Assembly (NCBI GenBank): GCA_002633005.1
Contig: NMRA01000560.1
Location: forward strand, 62,001 to 126,000
DNA length: 64,000 nt
Source of the DNA: Phoronis australis
Taxonomy: Eukaryota > Animalia > Phoronida
Direction of reading: 5' to 3'
Both the position numbers and the translations under genes were made by a program. Shown here piece after piece: positions 35,965-49,845 of the stretch. Position 1 is the stretch's first letter. Every line of letters begins with the position of its first letter. Under the pieces are notes generated by a model that saw nothing but the letters and a program-made list of their open reading frames with translations, was not told the origin of the DNA and ran no database searches.

Positions 35965-37880
35965 ATAGGGAATGCTCTTGGAGTCAGCAAAGACATTGGT
36001 GCCGGTTGGCAGACACGAGATAGTTTCATGTCCGCAGTCACTACCAGTGCACAGTCTAAGAAGAGAGAAAATCCCATTAAGCCTTTGGCAGTGACTCTAC
36101 CGGGTGTGGAAAGTCTCCGCGTTAGCAAGTTAGAGGATGAGCAACAACACGCTCCTTCCCTACGTAAGGTCGTGGAACTTGCTTAGAACGACAAACCAGT
36201 AGGTACACGTAGTAGAGGTAAATACTGGTACGAGAAGCAAAATGGGTTCCTGTACCGAGTGTATGTTGATGAGACCATAGAGTTGCGTCAGATAAATGTC
36301 CCTGACAAATATCGACAACAGGTCATGACGCTAGCTCACGAGTCAATTGTTCATGGGTACTTTGATGTGAAGAAGACCAGCAATAGAATAGCCAGCAACT
36401 TTTGTTGGCCAGGCGTTGGCTGTGACGTAAATCGTTTTTGCAGATCATGTGGCATCTGCCAGCGGACAACTCCTAAAGGCAGGATCTCTAAAGTGGCCTT
36501 GGGTGAGATGCCACTTATGGAAGAACCATTCCAGGGTATCGCTGTTGATTTGATCGATGCGATCCTGTGTCGCCAATTACCGGTGCATTCTCACCATCGT
36601 GGACTGTACCACAAGGTGCCCAGAGGCAATACATGTAGCTCTACCCAGAATAAAAGCTGAGCGAGTCGAGGAAGCACTATTTGAAACCTCTTGTAGAATG
36701 GTTTTCATTAGAAGTATTTGGTGACTGTGGGACACAGTTTACCTCAGAAGCGCTGAAAGATGTTGTTCGTTTAATATCCATGAGGATACTCCATACAATA
36801 CAAAACGCAATAAATTGTGCGAGAGTATTAACGGTGTACTGAAAAGTATGCTTCAGAAAATGTGCCAAGATCGTCTACTGGGTCCGGTACTTGCTAGCAG
36901 TACTGTTTGCCTACCGAGAGGTAACACAAGTGAGCACTGGTTTCTCGCTATTTAAATTGTTGTATAGTGGAACCGTTTAGAGGGCCCAAGCAGGTGCTTA
37001 AAGAATTTGTGGTTTGACAATGATTTCCGGAAGTACGAACCACTTAAGAGAATGTCCTTGACCTACGACATCGTCTGGAAGAGACATGCGAACTGATGCA
37101 GACAAACGTACGGAATGATAGAGAAGCATACAAGCACCATTATGACAAAAAGGTACCAGACCGTCGCTTCAAAGTTAGAGACCAAGTTTTGATATTGAGG
37201 ATTGATTTTCGTAAAGGCTACTGGTAAGTCACTGTGACAGAGGAATCACGGCCTAAGGCCCCGTTTGTAGTACAAAGAGCAAGTTTGTAAAGGTGTAAAG
37301 ATGCTATTGGGTCTGGTAAACTCGGCAGCTACCTTCAACCGCATGATGAGGAAGATGTTGGCAGGAACACATTATACAAAACATTATTTAGATGACATTC
37401 TCTGCCACAATATGACCTGAACGGAACACATTGGCACATTCCGATATACTTTCCAAAGTGTACCAGAGGCTGGACTAACAATCCGATCCGCCAAATGGTT
37501 GGATTTCGTTCTGTCGATTTCGTTGGACATGTGGTCGGTGAAGAACATTGGGCAATGGACGAAAAAAGGCTGGGACGCGTGCGAGATGCATCACGATCCA
37601 GAATGAAGAAAGGAGTTCATTCTTTTCTCGGGTTGACTTGCTACTACAGGAAGTTCATTCCAAACTTCGCTGAAATCGCTGCAATGGGAGGATGCACAGC
37701 AACATTTGCTCGACTCACTTCGAGACTTACTGACAAGAGCACACATACTGAGACTACCTGATTTTAGTGGATTTAGTGGACTCGTTTTTGTTCAGAATGA
37801 TGTGTCAGTTACAAGTATAGACTGTGTTTTCTTCCTGTAGAATGATGATGGCAGGTTCCCAGTGCCATGTGCCAAAAAAG
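35965..37880 (+). mobile_element. Decayed Gmr1-like Gypsy pol (integrase upstream of RT/RNase H)
   Basis: Integrase zinc finger LAHE...FCWPG...FCRSCGICQ and core IAVDL / GTQFTS / LFAYRE at 36250-36960, then RT (GLVNSAATFNRMM, YLDDIL) and SFLGLTCYYRKFIPNFA at 37200-37690. Confidence 0.8.
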
Positions 37881-38628
37881 GTACACTCACATCAAACATT
37901 GGTGTCAGTAACATGACCAAATTTCTCTTGATATGAATGTTCAAGATGAGATCTCAAAAATGTTGTTGTAGTTTTCTTACTAAAAGTAATTAGAAATAAT
38001 TGCAGGCGATCCGCTACACGTTGTATCAGACGTGCTCAGGACGCTCGGGTGGGCCTAATTCACTGTTCATTTTGATTTCGTTTATGCATTGATTTTCATT
38101 ACACTAATAATGACCAACAGCGTTTTGTTTCATATAGGGTCAATCTGATCAGCCATTCCTGAATTATACTCTTCCGCAAATTTGGGCATTTTCCAAGTGT
38201 CCAAAATGGCCTTGATATCAAGTTCTATGGACGTCCATGCGATTTGTCCCATATGTTCGGAATGAGAAGAGCCTGCACAGGTGGTGCTAATTTTTAAATA
38301 CCGTTGATTTGACGTCCATGGGAACATTTTAAAAAGTGACCACCCCTTAGTGCATTTCTTTACCGCTTGCGATATACACGGTGGACGTATACCAGCGCCC
38401 TCTGTTGCTCTTGATTTCTAGGAAACGTGATCTTTATTACATCTTTGAAGTTGACAATCTGTTTAGTTTATTTTCAAAAACTTGAAAAGCGTCTCTGAAT
38501 CGGTGCTATTTGCTTGTTTAGTGATGCCGTGAAATGACAGTAGATGATGCACTTCGAACCCGGAAACCTCGAAATGACGTCATGTTAAACATTTCTATAA
38601 CACCTAATACAACAAATTTTATTTCTAA

Positions 38629-38808
<180 letters not shown>

Positions 38809-38811
38809 TAA

Positions 38812-38838
38812 GAATATATATACATATATGTATATCTA

Positions 38839-38878
<40 letters not shown>

Positions 38879-38880
38879 CG
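38812..38880. repeat. (TA)n microsatellite (longer paralog at 41833-41905)
   Basis: Directly visible. Confidence 0.9.
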
Positions 38881-39080
38881 CATACTTATTTACATACACA
38901 TACATGGACACATACATAAATACAAATATCACCACAATAATCTGACTTACATATGTACAGCTTATAGAGAACTCGACAAACGTTTATTGTTTGGTGTTCA
39001 CCCTTGAAGAAGTATTGAAACTCATAGTTCACATTCACCTTAATTAGTTAGAAGACGGAAAGCTAATGCACATCTATAAT

Positions 39081-41556
39081 GGGGCTATTCGGAAAATCTA
39101 CAATAACTAGAGGGCGTGCGTGTACTAGTGGTGATAGATTAACAGCCTCGATTTGGCGAGCCCTTTAAATACATGGTGAAATGGCTTGCAGCCGTGCCAA
39201 CTGAATCTGAGATTGCGTAAAAAGGGTGCTTCTATGAGAGGAAGTAAGCACGACCTCATACAAAGGTAAGGTTTGTGATTATTTTTACGATTATTCCATG
39301 ATTATTCTACCGATGCCTGTTAACTGAGGCACTCGCCGATGTCGACTTCGCGGCAGTCAGTCGCCAGCCAGAGTCTGGTTAATCTTTATATATTGTGATA
39401 TGTGATACGATACTTGACGTAGCAATCGGGATCTTTTCGTACATCAAAGCATTAGTATTGTTTGGAATGATTTCTAAAACTTTATCAGTGATAGTTACAT
39501 CAATCAATGCTTAATGTTTATGCAGTCAACTCGATACAGGTTAATGAGTTAAGATTACAATCCAATCCCAATGGTCAAGGGTACGTGAGTGATAAATATC
39601 CATTGCATTAGACTATTTGTTTACTCCCTGTCATATGTCTTCTGGCAATCTGTTACACGTTGAAATGGAAATCTATCACGTCAGTTTTCACGTAACCTTT
39701 GGTTTTTAGGTTTGAAGGCTTGTACCGTGCAGAGGAGATATGCTGTTTTGCTACTTGTATCAATTGTAAAACCAGATATATATTACATTTTCCGAATTCA
39801 CAGTGACTGAATAGTCTTAACTCATGCCTTGAAATGTTGCAAGTCGTTATAAATTCAAATGACTGCATTTTTGTGAAAATTGCATTTTTGATGGTGCCTT
39901 ACGATTTGTAATTCCTCTTAAACAACAGAAAGATTATCCATCATTTTTAAATGACCCAAGTCTTCATATCTTCTATTAGAAGAAAAACGGTTCCCACAAC
40001 TTTAGGCTAGAAGTATGCTTGACAGACCCATGAACCTGTAATCGGAGTTTAAAATTGCTGGAAGTATCAAAATTAAAAAGGCTTGAAAATGGGTAACAAA
40101 GGTGTGAAGTTGTCTCAAAAAACTGGTATATTTTACAGACAAGTGATGCGTTTAAAGAATTGTTATGGCTAGGGATAAAAAATGACACAGTTTTATGCAA
40201 TACTCATTATATACACCCTTGGTTTCTGAAAATAGTAATTATTTACTTTTATGTGCAACTGTATACCAATCACCATATATTTTTGAAAAAAAGTGATAAC
40301 ATTTTTGATCCAATCTGGAGTACTTAATTATTCATATTTCAATATTTGTTCCAGGAGCAGTGACATTTTAAGACCACTTCAAGCTGTATCATAGACAAGC
40401 TTTGTTACTCCGTTCTCTTCCCACAGCACTTCCACACACCAGCAGTGCTGCTTGGCACAATGTGCAAGTCAGTGGCCCTGGAGAAATGTGAATCGCAGTA
40501 CTAAGTTACCATAAGACAATGTGCCAGTGGAGTGTCTGTGTATCCAGATGAACTATATCTGACTGCTACACAAATAAGCCTTGTTGGTGAGGATGCCCTT
40601 TCATAGGCAATGAGTCATGTGTGGACAATAGTTTATTTCCTTTCCTGGAAGAAACATGAGGGACTGAAGCTAAAGAAGACCTAGTCACACTCTGGTCTAG
40701 TTCAGAGTCTGATTTTGGGCTCAAAACGATTCAAGTGATATGCTGCTGTGTTTACCTTCAAGGGTCTAATTGTGGATGTTATTGAGGCTGAATGAGGTTA
40801 CATGAAAGAAAGCCACGTGTTGAAACTGGACCTTTTTTACAAGCGCTTCTATAGGCCATTGAAACTAGAACCCAGTGAAATGAAAACCAAAAGCTGAGTG
40901 ACATTAAATTTTCCTTTCCAAAGAAAGGCTTTATACTATTGGTAAAAACTTTTCAATTTGGTACAGATTATGGGGAAATGACATTCAGTGACTGCATCGA
41001 TTGTCTTATTGTATGTTTTCAATTGTAGCTAGCTGCTATGTTCAAGATTCGAGAATAAACAATTATCAGTGTATTTAAAAACAAATGGCAAACTGAAAAA
41101 GCACAGAAAGAAACATTGCGAGGGAGTCCATAATCAGGCATATCAGGTGCTGAATTACTGAATAACGTTCAATTCTCTCAGGTTATTGCTGAAGGATTGC
41201 TTTTCACTTTGTCCAACAGTGAAATAGATGGTCAGGCGGTTGGTTTCAGTTGTTTTTTTCTTGCCTGTAACAGAATAGAAATATTACCAAATTGTAAAAG
41301 AAAAGGCAAGACAAAACTACTTTTGTAAGGCAGAACATACTTGACATTTCATCTTCATGTTTATGTGTAGAAACTAATAACCTTTGTACCCAAGTCTTAT
41401 TTAATAACTGCATAAAAATATGTGAAACAGGCTAAAAGTGATTTAACAATGTGTATTTTTCATGACACTTAAAATGTGCTTCTGATCTCAACAAGTAAAA
41501 TTCATTCTAGGTGTCAATTTTTTTCCAATGCAATGTTACGACATTTACTGAATTAA
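39081..41556 (+). mobile_element. ISL2EU-like transposon copy C, internally deleted (~350 bp at ~39743) and cut by the N gap
   Basis: Left TIR preceded by AAT; colinear with copy A up to the gap. Confidence 0.85.
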
Positions 41557-41568
41557 NNNNNNNNNNNN

Positions 41569-42112
<544 letters not shown>

Positions 42113-43694
42113 AGCAAGTCGTTTTCATTTTACAAACCATATATTTGATCGGATCATAGTCATCAAGTCTTGTTTCCTATGAATTACTAAAAAGTAAGCC
42201 ACGAACCAAGCTTCCACAGGTTCGACAACCTCTATTGATATTTGTGGTGTTTGTTGAACGTTTTAGGAAACGTCAGGTTCATCTCAGGCTCGTTGCCAGC
42301 AATGCGCGGAGGGTTATTCGAATTTCTAAAACGGTGAACCTTTTGATATTTTGCAAACTTCGACACTGCAGGTTTTCGGTAGAGCCATTGCACATCTAAT
42401 TTTGAAGCAAGGGAAATCTGTGCAGAAGACAATGACTCTCGGCTCCATTTTCCGATACGAAATTCGTAGTCCGGAAATAATGATGCCCTGTCGGTTGTTC
42501 GCTAAAAACGGTCCTAAACTCGGACGTAACGTGGTTCATAAAGAGAACTGTCGCAATGTAAATCAGTAACTCTCTGCCACTCTTTGCAACCAGGTGTGCT
42601 TAAAGGAGTGATTACGCCTCATCACATACTTGGGCGGAAATATTTAGTGGGAGAATGACTTGACGAAATTGTTGGTTTGGTTGTGTTTTTGCTTTTTAAT
42701 TTTTATTATACCGGTCTCTAACGATGGTACAGCCTGCCAAATAACTTAGGGAAAAAGAATTTTCTTCAAAACAACCCTATATCCATCTATTTTATATATC
42801 TTTGTATATGCCAATTCAATTGTATATACATGATTGAAATTATACAATTTTATTTATGTAATTTTTTACGTGTATATATACAGTTGTTTATTCAAATATT
42901 TATTGTCTGTTTATTGTTGAGATTATTACTCTTACTATTAGTATTATTATTGTTGTTATTGTTATTGCTGTAACAATCACAACAGCAATATTAATACCAC
43001 AACCCCTACCACTACTATTATTATTATTCTGTTAATAAACTTCAAATATAGGGAGGACCAGGATGGAAATATTTTTTTACAATGCCTTACCATTTGTACA
43101 TGAATTGTTCTTCTTAATTTATCTTTCTTTTACGAGTCTTGTCTGTCTAAATATATGTCTTCCTTAGAGTGTTAATGGTATATATTGTATTGCATTATTT
43201 TGTGTGCTGTCATTGTTAAATCAATCAATCGCTCGATCGATTAATCACCACTGGTGACAACCAATAAAATTTTGACGATAACCTTTAGGAAGTTCGAAAA
43301 TTACTCAAATATTGAAACGTACTCATTTTAATCTGAAGGCTACTGCGTTGAAAGCGAAAGCAGATGAGTCGATCGTTTCAACTTTGTGACCTGTTGTCTG
43401 TTGCATGAAAGGTGACTTTAAGACTTAGGGCAGAAATTTGGTGATACGGTCCAATTTCACAATTGTTAAAGTATTAGTCATGTCATTAATAGCAATAACT
43501 GCCCGAAATAATGTGTACAAAGTTTATGGATAACTAACAATTATGGGTATATTCTCAGATACATTATTTGTTTGCTAAGTTGATTTTCAGTATTATTTTC
43601 AGAATTGGTTATGTCGAGCGTAAAATCAAATTTCTGCCATAATTCTTACGTCATTTTTCATGAAACAGGCCCCTGGACACTGGTTTCTTTACAG

Positions 43695-43882
43695 GAATGC
43701 GGAGATCATATTCAATGGGAACCAGTACGACACAGGCAACAGCAAGTACCATATCCTGAAGGCTGGCTGCAGAGGTACCGAAGTTTCTCTGGATAGGTGT
43801 GTGCATGGACAGTGGTCGGGTGGCAATAAAGCAACGTGTTCCACGGGAGGCGTGGCTTCAGTGAGGTGTACAGACCACCGAA
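43695..43882 (+). CDS. Exon: C-terminal half of SRCR domain 1
   Basis: tttctttacag| acceptor and |gtaagg donor, 188 bp, phase 2-1. Translation NAEIIFNGNQYDTGNSKYHILKAGCRGTEVSLDRCVHGQWSGGNKATCSTGGVASVRC fits C.G.E..L..C...C.....V.C. Confidence 0.88.
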
Positions 43883-45432
43883 GTAAGGCTTTTTACATCA
43901 TTCGGCAAATCATGTAAATAATTTTCCAAGGAATCTCGCAATCCTCTTTACAGCAGTGGTGTGGCGTAGTTTGTAGAGCTTGGTTGGCTTCTTTGAGTGC
44001 GACCGGGTAACAAAAGCCCACTTGTCAGTGTCTTGTCATTTTCGCAATCCAAGATGGCCGACAGTATGACTGGTACATGTATGAAAAAGAGCTTGACACG
44101 GTTTACTATGATTCCATTGTCAAGAAGTTCGATTCTTTGTTTATTTTAGCAAATGGAAATAGCTAGAAGGATTCAAATTCAACTTAGAACGCAAATTTAA
44201 AAAAACTATACATGCACGTACATGTATGTTGTGTGTAAGCTTATGCATATGTGTGTACTTGTGTTGGCGTGTGAAAGTATGCGTGTATGTATGCGTGTCT
44301 GCACATGTACATGAATGTATGTGTATATGCCCGATAACAGGATTAGATACTACCTTCTGGAGCTTCATCCGCTGTAATGTACTACGACAAATGCTTATAT
44401 GTATGAATATACACAAAAAGACGTCATAGGCGAACCAAAGCGGCTTGCCGCCAACGACTGAAGTCTACAGTAAAAACACACGCGTTACACGGTCACGCTG
44501 ACGTGGATTTATGTCCTGCATACTACTGAGGAAAGTTTTATCCGATACTTACATGCATCGGAAGGCATCATTTTGGGCTCAGTAATCCATAACTCATGGT
44601 AAATTTGTGTCTTTGTGTTTATGCATGAATAAGGCTTGCTGCAAGTAAAACCTGTTCTAAACTTTTTTCTATCCAGCGATCATTCATTTTATTTAACCAC
44701 GAAGGGTTTGTTAAAATATGTAGTTACCATAAAATCATGAATGTGAGTTAATGTGTTCATATTAGGCGAAGTAATGCATTTTCTGGAGACCATTAAAATG
44801 TAAATTTTCTCTATATAAAGCTGTGGTCTCGCATTCGAATATGAGGCTGTTGGTTCGGGTGTAAGGCCAGTCATATTTTCCTTGCTTTTTCCATTCATTC
44901 AAGACTTGTTGCGTTGTATGCCGGGTGGTTTTACAGTGAAACGTTCTATCGTGCAAGGTCTCTTCTGTATAAATTTCAGTTGAATTGCTTTGCTACCTGA
45001 ATTTTTCTGCGTGCTTGGGCAGTTTCTAGGGCATCTTGAAATGTCACAGGAAGCCACAGGCCAAAATAGGCCACGGCAGCTGCTTTGGAAACGGGAAACG
45101 TCCCTGAACAACTTTTGTGCAGCTGCTTGTACCTTTCTGAAAGGTTCGTTTTGATTGGCTGTCCTGGTAATTCAACAAAACACAATCTGTGATTTTGGGT
45201 ATAGTCTTTGCCTGTTGGTTTTTATATGGATTCACCCTTAGTTTGTTCTGTTTGATTTTGTCTAGACGGCAAGTATAACACAGATGCTAAGTCGACTTTA
45301 TTGTTGACAGCTTCGTGACAGTATTTTATTGGAACAAAGTATATGCAAACCTACTCTTGATAAGCTGCACTCGTGTGTATAGTAAATACATATGTGCAAA
45401 TTTCAAAGAAATAACCAATTGTTTTTTAACAG

Positions 45433-45577
45433 CTATTCGGCTTGCTTTCGGGAAAAGGTTTAATCGGGGAGCAATACAAGTTTATATGCACCACGAAGGA
45501 ACATGGGGCCATATTTGCTGGAACGACAACTGGAATTTAAAAGCCGCTGAAGTTGCTTGCAAGCAGCTAGGATACTA
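45433..45577 (+). CDS. Exon: N-terminal half of SRCR domain 2
   Basis: ttttttaacag| acceptor and |gtaagt donor, 145 bp, phase 1-2. Translation IRLAFGKRFNRGAIQVYMHHEGTWGHICWNDNWNLKAAEVACKQLGY. Confidence 0.88.
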
Positions 45578-45901
45578 GTAAGTTTGTTATGGTTTGATCT
45601 TGTTATTTTTTAAACTATCGCATGATTTCTATGTCAGAGGCCCGGGGTCGGAGGTCGTGACCTTTTAAGAAAAGCTGAGCTATTTTTGTCAAATAATGCT
45701 TTTACTCAAAACCAATTGAAAATTTAAACAAAATAGAAATAAAGTGAATCTGTAAATTAAGGTTTAGCAACTATTATAGCTTTTATACATTTTATCACGC
45801 TAAGCTTCGACCGGGAAATATCGTCTGCTAAAGTAGGTTACCAATAGTAACTGAGTATAATGCTCAAGTTAAATGATCCCGACGACACGATACCCGCCTC
45901 C

Positions 45902-46042
45902 CGTTCAGTAACGCTAGGACCTCGCTAAAAAGCAAGACTTCGCGAGATTACGTGAGATATTGCAATGTATTTTAAATGAGAACACGTGACTTTAACTAGG
46001 TTTTAGCTAGGTCCTAGCGTAGGTCCTAGCGTCTACTGAACG
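45902..46042. mobile_element. Short MITE (related fragments at ~35858-35960 and ~33722)
   Basis: TIR CGTTCAGTA...TACTGAACG; internal GCGAGATTACGT..TATTTTAAATGAGAAC shared with the 35900 region. Confidence 0.55.
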
Positions 46043-46243
46043 CACGCCAGCATTCAAATTTGAGATCGGTGATTTACAAGTGAGAGAACACGAGAGAAAA
46101 ATTTCACTGAATTAAGATATCGTTTTTATGAAAATTATGCGTCTTATTTTTCATAGCGTATAAATGTCGGTACAATGCCCTTTGCTGAACATGCGATTGT
46201 TGCGCGTGCTCATTTAAGTATTCAATTTTCACGTTCGATGACG

Positions 46244-46550
46244 TCAGCCGCTGTAGTGGTAAAGTCGGCGACTCGCAACCATTGAGGCCCGGGTTCGAAT
46301 CCGGCCTCGGTTTTCCGCCAAAATGTTATCTCACTAGTGAGATAACTTTATGGGTTATTACACGATTGTATCTGTAATTCGAGGCTAATGTTGTGGTATA
46401 AAGACAGATATTGGATATTCTAATATCAATGGATGTCAAGCCACGTGTCTCATGAGGTGCCATTTTGTGTTGCAGCTCGCTGTCAATATCATGCAGATAA
46501 GGGTATTTGGTATATTAACCCTTTTGCTACATCGCATTAAAACGCATATT
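46244..46550 (+). mobile_element. tRNA-derived SINE
   Basis: A box CTGTAGTGG and B box GGTTCGAATCC. Its 3' part (GATAAGG..TATATTAACCCTTTTGCTACATCGCAT) recurs at 3574-3665. Confidence 0.55.
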
Positions 46551-47287
46551 AAACATCGTTGACTTTGACGTTGGCCGTTTTTGTTCTATACAACCCACTT
46601 TGAATGAAATCTAGTTCAAATCACTCAGTTAAATATCACTGTGTTCTTTTAAGAATATTGGGACCTGTTCCACCTAAAATTGTTGCGTGTTTTGTATGTC
46701 CGTTACCAGCTATTTTATTTACCCGGTCACTGTAGCCATAGCCGACTAGTCGTAAGTCCTAGAAAATGTCTCCAGAGTTCAACTTAACGCAATTTTTAAC
46801 TTACCCATCATCGTGGAACAAGCCCCAGTTCTTTGATAAGGAATATTTTCAACAGGAGACAAGCATGACAATACGGTGGGTATCCGCATGTTTCGATGTA
46901 AGTGGCAAGTAAAAGATTACAGTCTGAATTCAATTCATTGTAGCTAACTACAAACAATGCCGTGCTTGACTATAGTTCAGAAATAATCAAGTTTTTGAAA
47001 TGGCGCACGTCTATGCAAGATTTTAAATATCAACCAAAAGTAGGCCTATTCTGCATCCACACCTGTCAAGGCGTTTCTCACAATATCGTTAAGGCTCAAC
47101 ATAGAAACCCCTTTAAAATTCTTTCGAAATAGCACTCGCTGTCTATTATGGGATACCCTTTGAAAACAATGATCCATAAATGAGATATTTTAAAATCTTT
47201 GAGGACCATCATGTATTAGCACTTTACTAAAACATGTATTATGTATACATGTATTGCACTGTGTCCTCGTTAAGAAAAGTTAAAATA

Positions 47288-47400
47288 TCAATAATTACAA
47301 TTATTATAACGATACCGATAAGGAGTAATAGTGGTGCAAGTAGTAATACTAGTAATACTATTAATGGTAGTAATAACAGCAATAGTAGTAATACTAGTGT
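47288..47400. repeat. Degenerate (AAT/AGT)n trinucleotide microsatellite
   Basis: Directly visible; a similar tract lies at 42920-43030. Confidence 0.7.
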
Positions 47401-48926
47401 TTGAGGAGCCAGTGCAGTTGCCTAGTGTGATGGTGCCCGCCAGGAGTGAGCGGAGCAATATTATTTTATGCCGAGGTTCCCGTTTCATGAAACTTTTTCT
47501 TTGTTAACTTAGATCAAAATCGGGCTAACTTAAAACAAGGATACCTTAGCATCGTTTCATTTCACAACATCAAAATTATTACCGAAAGTTAGCATGCTAG
47601 GCAGTAGACTTACGATTGGACCTTTGGTTTAAATGACCAGAATTTACGACTGCCATTTCCACTGTGAACTGTTGATGGACAAATTTGTTGACATTTTCAC
47701 AAACTAATATCTCTAAACAATGTCAAGTTAAAGGTCGCCAGCAGACTGGTAGATACAGTGCAGTGCGACTTACCCGCATATATGAAACGATATTTCCAGC
47801 CCTATTGTGGTCTTGTAACGTAAGCGAGATTTCAGTTGTATCCAAAAATTTTTAAATAAATCCTCACTTCGAGATCCAAAACCGAGACTATTCTGAAACC
47901 GTATTTCGCCTCGCTTAGTTTTGTGAACTCATAACAGGTGCCGAAAGTGTAGTTTGCATGCTAACCTATGTCAAACCAAACTCGGCATAATAATTTCTAT
48001 AAATTACCACCGAAGCCCAAAAACGAATGTAGTGTTCATGAAACGTCTTTTTCTGAATTTTTGTCTTCAGTCTTAACACAGCCCGATATTTCTTTTAACA
48101 AAGACAAATTTCTGGTCTTTATTCAAGCTACCCTTGGTACAAAGCTGTATATTAAATATACAGCTTTGCACCGATGTGGGTAAAAACTGGCTCACTAAAG
48201 ACACAAAATTAGTGCCATTGGCAATCTCCTGCTGCTGAAGTTGTGGAGCGATCTTTTGTGTGGGCTTTCGGGGCCATGAAATGTCACGTCACCTATTGGC
48301 CAGTTTCTTTTTTCACCGATTATTCAATCAAGTGTTCTTCTTCCACGAGGTTGTGGACATGTCGCAACAAATTATCGGAACTGGTTTAATTTTGTTCGTA
48401 AGTGTTTAGTATTTTGAAACCAGCAAACCGAATTTCAGAACAAATTTTGCAGCTGCTGAGTTGTCATTATCTCGCGAGAGATGTCGCAAAGAACTTAGGA
48501 AATGGTGCGTGCGCGAGTCACGAGCGTACAGTTTTCACTAAACGACGACAGCCTTCTTTGTTACAAAAGGCGGAGAATTACGCAAGGAAAAGACGTTTAT
48601 TAGATTTTTTCACTTAAACAGCTGCAACGGACAAAGTGAGTGTCGGTTGACTGCTGAGATTTTGCATGCTCTACATCTTCATATAAGTTTCACGGCGAGG
48701 TGACCAGCAGAACTACCCGGGCTGCGTGAAATTTCGGGAATTAACGGAGCTCAAAACACAGTGGTACCTAGCCAATACTCAAGTCTGTAAACAGGGTTCG
48801 TTAGTTGCCGGCTAAGTGGTACCTAGCTGTGTTTGACATGATAGTCTTCATACAGCTAGCTAGTTGGCTAAATTTAAACCACTTTTCATGAAACAATAAT
48901 CCTAGCTGCGCCACTGCTCTCACAAT

Positions 48927-49305
48927 GGGGCTATTCGGAGAATTCTCCACGCGGTGTCGCTGCTGTACTAGTGGTGATTGAATTGCGCATGCGTGGCTGT
49001 CTGCATGTAAACAACTGGTAAAAGATGGAATTTTTATCAAAATACGTCGTCGCGCTAAGCCTTATTACTGCTAATTCCCTTGGTGCAAGTCTTCGACAGG
49101 TGGCCACAAATTCCCAAAAGACCTAAGGTTACTATATTCGTGGACAGTTGCGGTCAACAGGGTCAACTAACTGACAAAAAGTGTGTGGATGTTGAAGCCC
49201 CGTGTGTGCTTTATGACTGTGAAGTTCCATTCGGAGACTACACAACATTACTTGGTAAGTTTTTAGCAATCAGTTTCTATCAACATCGTTCGGTGATGTT
49301 ATCCC
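48927..49305 (-). mobile_element. ISL2EU-like transposon copy D (THAP end only, broken at N 49306)
   Basis: cacAAT|GGGGCTATTCGGAGAATTC; near-identical to 49846-50225 but with a different flank. Confidence 0.8.
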
Positions 49306-49845
49306 NGCTCGACAGGCCGGAAACGACTTGGCGAGAGGTGGGAAAAATAGCAGACCGGTCAGCAAATTTTTGATTGACCGGCAGCAGACCCTTGTATTGT
49401 AGATTTCACCGAATGCCCAGATTTCAATACAGATTCCTCTCTCAAATTTTGGCTTCCAATGCAATCAACCATTACCAAAGTCACAGATTTATCACTGTCG
49501 GTTATTTCCGTTAGTATTAGGCCCTGTCCATACAAATCTGTTTTTGAAAACGCAACTTTATTATTGCGTCGAAAACAAGTTCTCTGTCCACACCACTCTG
49601 TTTTCATATGGTTTTATAAAGTTTCCATCCACACCAAATACGATCGGAAACGCAAATTACTCTTCTTTGTGTTTTCAAAAACTCCTTCCACACATATGAT
49701 CAGGTGAGGTCGGCCATGGTTTTCAAAAAGTTTCGTTTTGTCACTCCACGCAAATACAGTGGAAACGGCGATTTAAAAAAGATTGTGGCGATTTCGCTTG
49801 TGCGTACAAAGCGCTTTCAAATATTTGTGATTTTGGTTGTTGAAT

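Noticed and set aside
42290-42575. Minus-strand LLIYIATVLF...GHHYFRTTNFVSENGAESHC, faintly C-type-lectin-like
   Set aside because: Needs a frameshift, has no WIG motif or later cysteines, and no clear splice sites.
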